Below are positions 1 to 8,165 of a stretch of DNA of 32,000 bases, one piece after another. The notes under the pieces were generated by a model. It was not told where the DNA came from. It did no database searches and was given only the letters and a program-made list of their open reading frames with translations. The DNA is from Guillardia theta nucleomorph (lineage: Eukaryota; Protista; Cryptophyta). Position numbers and translations under genes: made by a program. Every line of letters starts with the position of its first letter. Position 1 is the stretch's first letter. The stretch covers positions 90,001 to 122,000 of the forward strand of contig AJ010592.2 of NCBI GenBank assembly GCA_000002975.1, in the 5' to 3' direction.

Positions 1-1122
1 AATAATATTTTCAAGTGTGCCCTTTCTGTTATTGGGACTAAATTTAATTCCTCTTTTTCAGAAAAGTTGTCAAAAATCGTAACAGATTCATTCATGACAA
101 TTTACCGAAATTCTCAAGAAATTGATTTGAATCTTATAGAGATTCTTCAAATTGATAGCCCAAACGAAAGTGATTGTAAATGGATCAAAGGCGTCGTTCT
201 AGATCATGGTATAAGAAATAACACAGTGCCATTAATCACGAAAAATGTGTTTATTTTGCTTATTAATTTCAATCTAGAATATGAAAAAACAGAAAATAAT
301 TCTTCTTTCATTTATAAATCTACTAAACAATATGAAAAATTTGCAATTTTCGAACAGGAACTTCTTAAAAAAAAAATTAACAAAATAATTCAAATCAAAA
401 GAATTGTCTGTAAAAACAACAATAATTCATTTATGGTAATAAACCAAAAAGGAATAGATTCTTTTTCATTAGATTCTTTAGCAAAAGAAAATATAATAGC
501 AGTAAGACGTGCTAAAAAAAAAAATCTTGAAAGAATTTCACTTTTATGTAATTGTATGCCAATAAATTCTATAGATGATATTAAATTAGAATATTTGGGT
601 TTTGCTGGTTTAGTCTATGAACAAATAATAGGAGAAGACAGATATACTTTCATCGAAAATGTTACTAATCCATTTTCTGGAACAATTTTGATAAAAGGTA
701 AATCTAGTATGATTAGAAATCAAGTAGAAAACGTTTTGAAAAACAGTCTTAAATCGATAAAAAGTTTCATTTATGATAAAAAAACATTACCTGGTGGAGG
801 ATTCATAGAATGTCAATTGTATAAAAAGCTTGTAGAATTCTCAAAAAATTCGATTGAAAAAAATAGAATAGGTGTAATTATTCTCGCTAATGGATTACTT
901 GGTGTTCCGAAATGTTTATTTGAAAATTATATTTTTAAAAAAAATAAAAAAAAAAATCAAATTCTAAATGATAATGAGTGGATAACTGACATTATTTTGT
1001 CAAACAAAAGCCCAGATATTTTAGATGGTTATTCTATTAAGCTAAATATTTTAGAACAGGCAGTTGCAATAACAAATCAAATTTTAAACATAGATGAAAT
1101 TATTATGGGATGTGGAATTTGA
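1..1122 (+). CDS. tcpZ: T-complex protein 1 / CCT chaperonin subunit zeta (5'-truncated by window edge)
   Basis: Frame is open from base 1 (NNIFKCALSVIGTKF...), so the TTG at 67 is not the start. CCT6-type motifs GVVLDHG, LEYEKTE.NSSF.Y, VINQKGID..SLD.LAK, RRAKKKNLER, LGFAGLVYE, TFIE. Confidence 0.93.
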   Translation, partial: NNIFKCALSVIGTKFNSSFSEKLSKIVTDSFMTIYRNSQEIDLNLIEILQIDSPNESDCKWIKGVVLDHGIRNNTVPLITKNVFILLINFNLEYEKTENNSSFIYKSTKQYEKFAIFEQELLKKKINKIIQIKRIVCKNNNNSFMVINQKGIDSFSLDSLAKENIIAVRRAKKKNLERISLLCNCMPINSIDDIKLEYLGFAGLVYEQIIGEDRYTFIENVTNPFSGTILIKGKSSMIRNQVENVLKNSLKSIKSFIYDKKTLPGGGFIECQLYKKLVEFSKNSIEKNRIGVIILANGLLGVPKCLFENYIFKKNKKKNQILNDNEWITDIILSNKSPDILDGYSIKLNILEQAVAITNQILNIDEIIMGCGI

Positions 1123-1123
1123 A

Positions 1124-1201
1124 GCTCTTGTAGCTCAGTGGCAGAGCACGGGTCTTATGAGCCCGTGGTCATGGGTTCGAATATAAATCCCATCAGGAGC
1201 A
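1124..1201 (+). tRNA. trnI(UAU): tRNA-Ile(UAU) with a 6-nt insertion (probable non-canonical intron) in the T-loop
   Basis: Acceptor GCTCTTG/CAGGAGC, D-stem GCTC/GAGC, anticodon stem CGGGT/GCCCG with loop CT-TAT-GA (anticodon 1156-1158), T-stem ATGGG/CCCAT enclosing 13 nt (TTCGAATATAAAT) instead of 7. Confidence 0.93.
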
Positions 1202-1210
1202 GTTGTTATA

Positions 1211-1894
1211 TTAGAAAATCTCAATAATGTTAAGCTTGTGAAAAATAAATATTAAAAAAAATTGAAATATAATCAAATAAATTAAATTATTTTTTTTATA
1301 ATTTTCATTCAGATTTCCAGAATCCATTAGACCTTTCAATAATTGTATAATTGAGAGATTCAATATTGATAAAAAGCAATATAAACAATCATTTTTAATG
1401 AATATTTCTAATATTAAAGAGAAATAAATTGCCATTGTATTGTATAGAACGAAGAAATAATCAAGATAAAAACTATGATAATCTGAGATATTAAAAATAT
1501 TTTTAATTTTTGTATTTTTAAAAAAGATAATTAAATAAAAAAAAAAACCAATTAATGATAAAGGTATTCCCATAATTTCTGAAAATGTGGAACTCAAAAC
1601 CTTAGAACATGATAATGAACTACAATAAATTTCCGAATTTGTGTATTTATAGAAAGTCAAATAAGAAGTTTCCAGTATACCAATTAATGAAAGAATAATA
1701 ATAAATACATTTTTTTCAGCTTCTAAAAATTCCGAGTGTCTTTTATATTTAAAAAAGATTAATTTATAGTTAAATTTTTTTAAAATTTTTTCATTATCTG
1801 TTATGTTGAATTTTTTTAAATTTAATAAACAAATGTCTCGATTATTTTTGCGAAAATTCAATTTTTTTGATAAATTATTAATAAATAAATTCAT
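1211..1894 (-). CDS. VKOR (vitamin K epoxide reductase) family membrane protein, LTO1/cyanobacterial DsbB-like, probably plastid-targeted
   Basis: LIGILETSYLT, loop cysteines YCSSLSCSKVLSS, GIPLSLIG and active-site CLYC in a hydrophobic helix; about 60-aa N/K-rich N-terminal extension starting MNLFINN. Confidence 0.88.
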   Translation of the reverse strand: MNLFINNLSKKLNFRKNNRDICLLNLKKFNITDNEKILKKFNYKLIFFKYKRHSEFLEAEKNVFIIILSLIGILETSYLTFYKYTNSEIYCSSLSCSKVLSSTFSEIMGIPLSLIGFFFYLIIFFKNTKIKNIFNISDYHSFYLDYFFVLYNTMAIYFSLILEIFIKNDCLYCFLSILNLSIIQLLKGLMDSGNLNENYKKNNLIYLIIFQFFLIFIFHKLNIIEIF

Positions 1895-1899
1895 CTTAA

Positions 1900-1982
1900 C
1901 GCAACGAGCGAGATTCGAACTCGCGAAGGAATTCTCCCACTAACTTAGCAGGCTAGCGCCTTAACCACTCGGCCATCGTTGC
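1900..1982 (-). tRNA. trnS(GCU): tRNA-Ser(GCU)
   Basis: Reverse complement folds as GCAACGA/TCGTTGC acceptor, GCC/GGC D-stem, CTAGC/GTTAG anticodon stem with CT-GCT-AA, long variable arm, GCGAG-TTCGAAT-CTCGC T-arm, G discriminator. Confidence 0.96.
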
Positions 1983-1985
1983 AAT

Positions 1986-4067
1986 TTACAGTTGTGTTAT
2001 GAATATTAAGTTAGGAACCCAATCTATGTATGATAGAAACATTATCAAATATAATATTTTATTATTAATTTTGTTTCCGTAGTTTATTATTTCACGTAAT
2101 CTTATATTAGATAAAAAAATTCCTTTTTGAATAAAAATTTCAGGTTTCAAATAAGATTCAAATAGTTCATCATTATTACTATCAAACTTTGAAAAAAGTG
2201 GTTCTTTTTCAAAAGTATTTATTTTTTTAATGTAAAAAGAGTAAAAAATTTTAGATATTTGGGAAACAAAATCAACTTTGTCATATTGAAGTGAATCAAA
2301 AATTTTAATAATTTTTTTTTTTTGATTAATTCCTGAAGATAAAAATATTCCAAAAGCTGATCCAAGCCTGATGAATGGATTATAACTTTTTGCATAGAAA
2401 TTTAAAATTTTGAGAGTTGTTTCTGGACTGTTAAAACTTACCCATCCCATACCTTGTAAGATATATAATTTCAAAACAGAATTATTTTCTGATACAAATG
2501 TATTTAAAAGTATCTTGATTACAAATTGATTAGATGTTCCAAAATAACCTAAACTCAATATAAGTATAGCCCCTTTTTTAAACGTTAAATCTTTTTCCTT
2601 CATTAATATTTTGTAAATATTTAATGATTCATTGTTAGATCCAAAAAAAACTAATGATAAACATAGTAACAATGAAAATTTTATTTTATCAGAGTTTGTC
2701 TCGTATAAATAAGGTATTAATGTTTTTAAAATTTCTCTAGAAGATGTGCCAAAATATATCATGCCTAAACAAAAATAGGAAGATATTGCAGTTAAATCAT
2801 CATTTATAATTGTTTTTTTTAATAATTTCCAATAATATAAACTTTTAAAAATTAAACCTATATTAGATATTATCAATGCCAAAGAAAGTTTAATACCATA
2901 ACAAAAAACCGAATTTTTATTATTGTTTTCTAATAAGTTAAGAAAATTCTTGATATATAAGTAAATACACTCATTATCAACTTTTGAAGTATGAATGTTG
3001 CCTAAAACAGTTCCTGATTTAATGTAATCGGATATATTTTTATTTTCAAAAAATAATTTAAGATCATTTGTTAATCCATATAAAGGTTTTTCATTAAAGA
3101 TATACTCGTAAGAAACAAAGAATTTATTCCAATTAGACATTTTTTCAACCGTTTGTAAATAATTACTAAAATTAAGATCTTTAAACCTACTCAAACAACA
3201 AAATATTGAGAAATAATTTAAATTAATTCCTTGAAAATTATATTTATGCGTTAAATTTTCTGGAAATTTTATTAATAAATTATTTTTAATCATCTTCTTA
3301 TTTTTATCAATTGTTTTTTTTAATAATTCAAGCTCATTTAATAAAATACCATTATAAAAATTAGTATACAACAAATTTAAATAGTTAAGAAAATAATTAG
3401 AAATAAAGTATTTAAAAATATTTAGACCAATTAACAAAAACGATGTTGAAAATTTATAAATTACCTGAAATAGAAGAAAAATTATTTTTATAATTATACT
3501 ATACTTCTTCATTTGGGTTTTAACAATAATTTTTTCATTAAGTATATGATTATCTTGATTCAATTTTACATTTTTATTTTTTAATTTAAATTTCATAAGT
3601 TTTTTTAGAGACATCGTGAACTGTTTCTTATCTTGAATTTTTAAATGTAAATTTTCATTGAATAAATCATTATTAGACACAATATTTTTAATTATTATTG
3701 AATTTTTATTTGAAGAATTTTTATTATATTTTAAATTTTTAATCCTTATTTCAATCAAAAAATGAAAATAATTAACATAATTATATGTTTCATTTTTTTT
3801 GAAATATTTAACAAATAGAAAATTTTTAGTTTTTAATTTAAAATAATTTTCAAGAAATAAAAATTCATAGTATTTTAAAAAATCATATGTATAATAATTA
3901 TTATGCATGTAGATATATGTAATCAATGTTGAACAATTAATTACTTTTATAAAAAATTTTAATTTTTCATAAATTTTTTTACATCTTATTTTTAATTTTG
4001 TTTTAATAGATGAATAGATTTCGAACCAGAAGTATTTTACTGTTGGTATTAAATTAGTTATTGTCAT
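1986..4067 (-). CDS. rpn2: 26S proteasome regulatory subunit Rpn2 (PSMD1), divergent and shortened
   Basis: PC-repeat-like helices; SNWNKF (cf. TNWAKF), SYNPFIRLGSAFGI (cf. SYNPHVRYG), DKVDFVSQ (cf. DPVDFVRQ), MFLSYIDWVP (cf. MFSQFWYWFP) at the C-terminus. Confidence 0.82.
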   Translation of the reverse strand: MTITNLIPTVKYFWFEIYSSIKTKLKIRCKKIYEKLKFFIKVINCSTLITYIYMHNNYYTYDFLKYYEFLFLENYFKLKTKNFLFVKYFKKNETYNYVNYFHFLIEIRIKNLKYNKNSSNKNSIIIKNIVSNNDLFNENLHLKIQDKKQFTMSLKKLMKFKLKNKNVKLNQDNHILNEKIIVKTQMKKYSIIIKIIFLLFQVIYKFSTSFLLIGLNIFKYFISNYFLNYLNLLYTNFYNGILLNELELLKKTIDKNKKMIKNNLLIKFPENLTHKYNFQGINLNYFSIFCCLSRFKDLNFSNYLQTVEKMSNWNKFFVSYEYIFNEKPLYGLTNDLKLFFENKNISDYIKSGTVLGNIHTSKVDNECIYLYIKNFLNLLENNNKNSVFCYGIKLSLALIISNIGLIFKSLYYWKLLKKTIINDDLTAISSYFCLGMIYFGTSSREILKTLIPYLYETNSDKIKFSLLLCLSLVFFGSNNESLNIYKILMKEKDLTFKKGAILILSLGYFGTSNQFVIKILLNTFVSENNSVLKLYILQGMGWVSFNSPETTLKILNFYAKSYNPFIRLGSAFGIFLSSGINQKKKIIKIFDSLQYDKVDFVSQISKIFYSFYIKKINTFEKEPLFSKFDSNNDELFESYLKPEIFIQKGIFLSNIRLREIINYGNKINNKILYLIMFLSYIDWVPNLIFITQL

Positions 4068-4149
4068 AATGGCAATTATTATGTATTTAGCGTATTATGT
4101 ATTTTTTCTCTAATTTACATAAAATAATATTATTTTATTGTTACTTAAG

Positions 4150-5559
4150 ATGAAATACAATAAGAATATTACGCGTAATTTCATGTGTATTAATGATTTT
4201 GATTTAAAATCGATTAGGCTAATTTCTTTCTATAAAAATAAGAAATCAAAAAATTTTATAATGACAATACAAGAATATCTTAATGTATTAAAAATTTATT
4301 TTATTAATATTAAAATTTCCAGTAATTTAAGAGCTATTATTTTCAAATTGAGTTATATAAAAAAGAATTTTGTTTTGAATTATTTCATAATTTCAAAATT
4401 TTTAATATACAACTTTGTTAGAGAAGATTGTATAGAAATAATTCCTGCTATCAAGAATCATGATGCCTTATACAATTACTTTATATACGGATACTACAAA
4501 CTATTAAAATATTTATTCATATGTAAAAATAAAAAGTATAATTTAGAAAAAAAAAAAACTTTAAAAAAAAAAAAAGAAATATACGAAAATAAATCTTATA
4601 AAAATTTTAAAGGTAAAAAAAAAAAATATATATATTTCTTCAATGGTAAGACAGAATATCAATCATTTTTTAAAAATGAAGCCCTAGTTTGTAAAAAATT
4701 AAATATTAAAGTTTTAAAAAATAAATCAATAAGATGTATGGACATTTCTTTAAACCAAAGATTTATTGTTTACGGTGATGATATTGGTAACTTCTATAAA
4801 ATTGATAAATATAAAACTGATAACTACTGCTTTAATAGAATTTCAACTAGTGATGAAATTTTTAATTTAGTTAGATTCTCAAAAAACAGTGATCTATTAG
4901 CATCATCAACTTTTTCTGGTAAAATTTTTTTATGGTCAATTAATAATAGTATTTTACACAAAAATTTTGCAACTGATAATAACTTAACTTCAGATATTGA
5001 ATTTTGTGAAAAAGATCCAATATTTTTTTCTTGTGGTGAAAATTCTTTAGTTTACATGTGGAATTGTGATAGAGATTATTATATTCATATGTTTAAAGGA
5101 CATTCTAAGAGAATAAATTGTATAAATATACATCCTTCTCAAGATTATTTCGCTACATGTTCTTATGATAAAACTATTAAATTTTGGGATAAAAGAATTT
5201 CTAAACCAGTAGGAAATATTATTTTGGAAAATCTTGTAATTAAATCTATCAAATTTACAAAAGATGGAAACTTTTTATGTTTTCCAGATTCATCTGGACA
5301 AATTAATTTCTGGGATATCAGAAAGGATAAAAATTTAAATAGAATTTCTAATATAAAAAAAAAAAAAAATATCAGTCATTTGGAGTTTAACAAGTTTGGA
5401 AATTTTCTTTTTTATTGTATACAAGATTCTAATATAATTATAAATTCTTATTCGAATGGTAAATATCATAGTATAGGTAAAGATATACGAGTTAATAATG
5501 AACTTTTAGTATTAAAATATTTAAATTACAACACATTATTCCTTGCATCTTACACATAA
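4150..5559 (+). CDS. taf5: WD40-repeat protein, TFIID subunit TAF5-like
   Basis: First ATG is at 4150 (track start 4138 is TTG). WD40 repeats, including MWNCDRDYYIHMFKGHSKRINCINIHPSQDYFATCSYDKTIKFWD, which matches the TAF5 LWS.D...PLRIFAGH..DV.C..FHPN repeat. Confidence 0.72.
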   Translation: MKYNKNITRNFMCINDFDLKSIRLISFYKNKKSKNFIMTIQEYLNVLKIYFINIKISSNLRAIIFKLSYIKKNFVLNYFIISKFLIYNFVREDCIEIIPAIKNHDALYNYFIYGYYKLLKYLFICKNKKYNLEKKKTLKKKKEIYENKSYKNFKGKKKKYIYFFNGKTEYQSFFKNEALVCKKLNIKVLKNKSIRCMDISLNQRFIVYGDDIGNFYKIDKYKTDNYCFNRISTSDEIFNLVRFSKNSDLLASSTFSGKIFLWSINNSILHKNFATDNNLTSDIEFCEKDPIFFSCGENSLVYMWNCDRDYYIHMFKGHSKRINCINIHPSQDYFATCSYDKTIKFWDKRISKPVGNIILENLVIKSIKFTKDGNFLCFPDSSGQINFWDIRKDKNLNRISNIKKKKNISHLEFNKFGNFLFYCIQDSNIIINSYSNGKYHSIGKDIRVNNELLVLKYLNYNTLFLASYT

Positions 5560-5613
5560 ACTATAATTAAATTGTTGATATTAAAAATTAACATACTTTT
5601 GTGTGACAATATC

Positions 5614-5856
5614 ATGGAACTGATCAGATCAAATGAAATAATAAAAGTTTATATAAAAAATTCTAATGAAATATACAAATTTAACGTTGAATATTTTTTA
5701 ATTTTTGGGACAGATTTGAACCAAAAACAAAATTTTATTGAAAAAAATGATTATTTTAATCAAAAAAATACAAAAAATAAACAAGTATTTAGTTGTAGCA
5801 TTTTGATTGCGAACTTAAAAAAGAATTCTAATTGTCTGAATCCAAGATATAAATAA
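5614..5856 (+). CDS. Short hypothetical ORF (80 aa from first ATG), possibly not real
   Basis: Only sizeable ORF in the 5560-6058 gap; no recognisable motif. Confidence 0.25.
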   Translation: MELIRSNEIIKVYIKNSNEIYKFNVEYFLIFGTDLNQKQNFIEKNDYFNQKNTKNKQVFSCSILIANLKKNSNCLNPRYK

Positions 5857-6058
5857 GAAGTAAAATAATGTGGAAAAATTGATAATAACTTTAAATTTAG
5901 AAAAATTTAAACCAGAATAAATTCAAATTCATATCATTTGTGGTTTAAAATGTTATGTATAAATTAAAAAAATAGATCTGATGAAAAAAAAAACGAGTTA
6001 AATATATAAAAAATTAAAATTTTATGTTTTATTCTTACCAAATAATATACAATATAAT

Positions 6059-6754
6059 TTAAAATAAATTTAATGTCGAACCATATTCATTAATTTTTCC
6101 AAAAACATTAAAATAAAAACATTGATCTTTTTTATTCTTATATACAAATATTTTTGATTCTGGTATTTGATTAAATCTAATAGTATTTAAATTTAATATA
6201 TTAAATATAAAAAGAAAGAAGTGAAAATTTTTAAATTTAAGTTTTATGCTTTTTTTCGATAGAGCTAGAATTGAACAATAAGCTTTTTGACAATTATTTT
6301 TTATTCTAAGCTCTTTTTTAAATGCATATTCATATGAAAAAAAAAATTTTTGATTGTAATAATTTGTGTATAATTTATTCAAAAAACATTCTTTAACAAA
6401 ATAGCATTTTTTTTTTATATAATTAATAGTTTTTAAGAAATACAAAATCGAATTATTACTTTTATAGTTTTTGATAAAAATTTTGCAATTGAATTTTGAA
6501 TAGTTGAAATTATAATTTTGTTTAAAGATATACGTTAAATAATTAGGTCTAAAAATATTATTTTCATTTTTATGATTATCAAAGAAAAAACAAATTAATT
6601 GCTTGTTAAAATTTTTAAAAAAAAATTTCATTTTAGATTTTATTTTATAGTTTATGATGTCATTTATTCTTTTGTAAGAATCAAACCAATAATCATTTGA
6701 TATTAAAAATTTATCTTTGTTGCCTGTAAAATTTAATATAAATTTCATGGACAT
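6059..6754 (-). CDS. Hypothetical protein (231 aa); weak resemblance to the N-terminal two-thirds of histone acetyltransferase Hat1
   Basis: Long ATG-initiated ORF filling the gap. FRPNYLTYIF and FFLFIF...IFVYKNKKDQCFYFNVFGKINEY echo Hat1 motifs (by-eye inference). Confidence 0.6.
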   Translation of the reverse strand: MSMKFILNFTGNKDKFLISNDYWFDSYKRINDIINYKIKSKMKFFFKNFNKQLICFFFDNHKNENNIFRPNYLTYIFKQNYNFNYSKFNCKIFIKNYKSNNSILYFLKTINYIKKKCYFVKECFLNKLYTNYYNQKFFFSYEYAFKKELRIKNNCQKAYCSILALSKKSIKLKFKNFHFFLFIFNILNLNTIRFNQIPESKIFVYKNKKDQCFYFNVFGKINEYGSTLNLF

Positions 6755-6772
6755 GAAAGAAAGTATTAAAAA

Positions 6773-7204
6773 TTATTTATTTAAGTTTATAAATTTTACT
6801 AATTTTCCTGATCTGGTGTCAATTTCATTTTGTGCCTTTTTACTCAAACCGAATCTTCCAGATTCATCTTTTTTAAGTATTTTCATTTTTTCAAGTTCTT
6901 TGATTGAAAATCTTATTATTTTTCCACTTCCATTTGTCTTTTTAGACCTTCTACCTTTTTTTTTTCCATTATATATTCTTACAAGTTGTCGTGTTCCAAG
7001 CTTTTTATAAATATAAAATTTAATAATAATCGATGCCATCCTTTTGAAAATCCAATTGCTCTGATTGGGCGAATATTTTTTAAGACTAGATGATTTGCAG
7101 ATTTCTATCCATGAAGGAATGTTAATTTGTCCACTTTTTTCAAGAAATTCGGCATAGTAATTGATGAATACATCTTTTGGTATATCTTTCAATCCACCAC
7201 TCAT
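6773..7204 (-). CDS. rps19: 40S ribosomal protein S19 (eS19)
   Basis: LKDI...FI..YAEFL.KSG.I.IP.W, P...NW...R.ASI, GSGKIIR..I.ELEK. Confidence 0.95.
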   Translation of the reverse strand: MSGGLKDIPKDVFINYYAEFLEKSGQINIPSWIEICKSSSLKKYSPNQSNWIFKRMASIIIKFYIYKKLGTRQLVRIYNGKKKGRRSKKTNGSGKIIRFSIKELEKMKILKKDESGRFGLSKKAQNEIDTRSGKLVKFINLNK

Positions 7205-7259
7205 AAATGTCTAAATAATTATAAGTTGTTTCCGTAAAAAAATTTAAATTTATATCATA

Positions 7260-7730
7260 ATGTCAAGATCTAAAGGTAAAAAATCTAATACTAGGTATAT
7301 TCTAACAAAAAGTAAAAAATTAACGGGAATTAAGTCAAATATAATAATTAATAATGTAAGTATAGGAGATCTGGTTGATATCGTTATAGATCCTTCGTTT
7401 CAAAGTACAATGCCATTTAAATTTTATCATGGTAAAACGGGAGAAGTTTTTTCCTTAAACTCGAATTCTCTTGGAATTAAAATTCAAAAAATAGTCGGGA
7501 ATAGGAAAGTGTGCAAAAAAATAAATATTGGTTTGGAACATCTAAGAATAAGTAAATCAAATTTTTTTTTCGAAGAAAAAATAAAATCAAAAACTTCATA
7601 TCGAAAGAATACTTCTTTAAAAAATATAGTTTTTAAAAATTATGAAAATTGTGATATTTACTCAGAAAATTATGTTTCCTTTAGTAAAATTAAAAAAATT
7701 GAATCGGAGCCATTTGGAGCTTTGGTTTAA
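7260..7730 (+). CDS. rpl21: 60S ribosomal protein L21 (eL21)
   Basis: GDLVDI..DPS.Q..MPFKFYHGKTGEVF, VGNR...KKINI..EHLR.S. Confidence 0.96.
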   Translation: MSRSKGKKSNTRYILTKSKKLTGIKSNIIINNVSIGDLVDIVIDPSFQSTMPFKFYHGKTGEVFSLNSNSLGIKIQKIVGNRKVCKKINIGLEHLRISKSNFFFEEKIKSKTSYRKNTSLKNIVFKNYENCDIYSENYVSFSKIKKIESEPFGALV

Positions 7731-7733
7731 ACC

Positions 7734-8135
7734 TTAAATAATATTTTTATTTGGAAATAATTTTTTAATCATCTGCTTAGTTTCATCATCAACTAAGTTT
7801 AATTTAAGTTCTGTGTTTGAAAAAACTTCAGATTCTTTATTGTTTATCTCAATATTATTTATATCAAACTTTATATTTGTATAAATTTTTTTTTTTTTAC
7901 CTTTGAAAAATTCTTTAATTAAATGAGTTACATACCCTGCTATTTTGTTTCTTAGAGATTTAGAAGTTATCAAAGCAATTTCATCACAAAAGAATTTATT
8001 TTCTTGAAAATCAATTGTTAAATGTTTGAAATATTTAATAAATATATATTTTGCTGATCTTTTAATAGTTTTAGTACGAACTTTGCCCTTTATTAATTTC
8101 AAACTCAATCTAAACAAATATTATTTACTTACCAT
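7734..8135 (-). CDS. rps17: 40S ribosomal protein S17 (eS17), spliced: join(8135..8133, 8087..7734), 118 aa
   Basis: Splicing gives the canonical MGKVRTKTIKRSAK start; SKSLRNKIAGYVTHL motif. The track's MFRLSLKLIK N-terminus is intron sequence. Confidence 0.95.
8088..8132 (-). other. 45-nt spliceosomal intron immediately after the rps17 start codon
   Basis: Minus strand reads ATG|GTAAGTAAATAATATTTGTTTAGATTGAGTTTGAAATTAATAAAG|GGCAAAGTT: GTAAGT donor, AAG acceptor, and an in-frame TAA if unspliced. Confidence 0.92.
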
Positions 8136-8165
8136 TATTATATGTATTATTTAAAAACAATATTA

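Noticed and set aside
5561-5596. Minus-strand GTATGT...TAG 36-nt intron-like stretch after an ATG
   Set aside because: Splicing gives a stop within three codons and runs antisense into taf5.
5978-6000. CTGATGA resembling a hammerhead core or C box
   Set aside because: No flanking stems, GAAA partner helix or suitably placed D box.
6717-7010. 97-aa plus-strand ORF
   Set aside because: Antisense shadow of rps19 with a non-ATG start and no motif.
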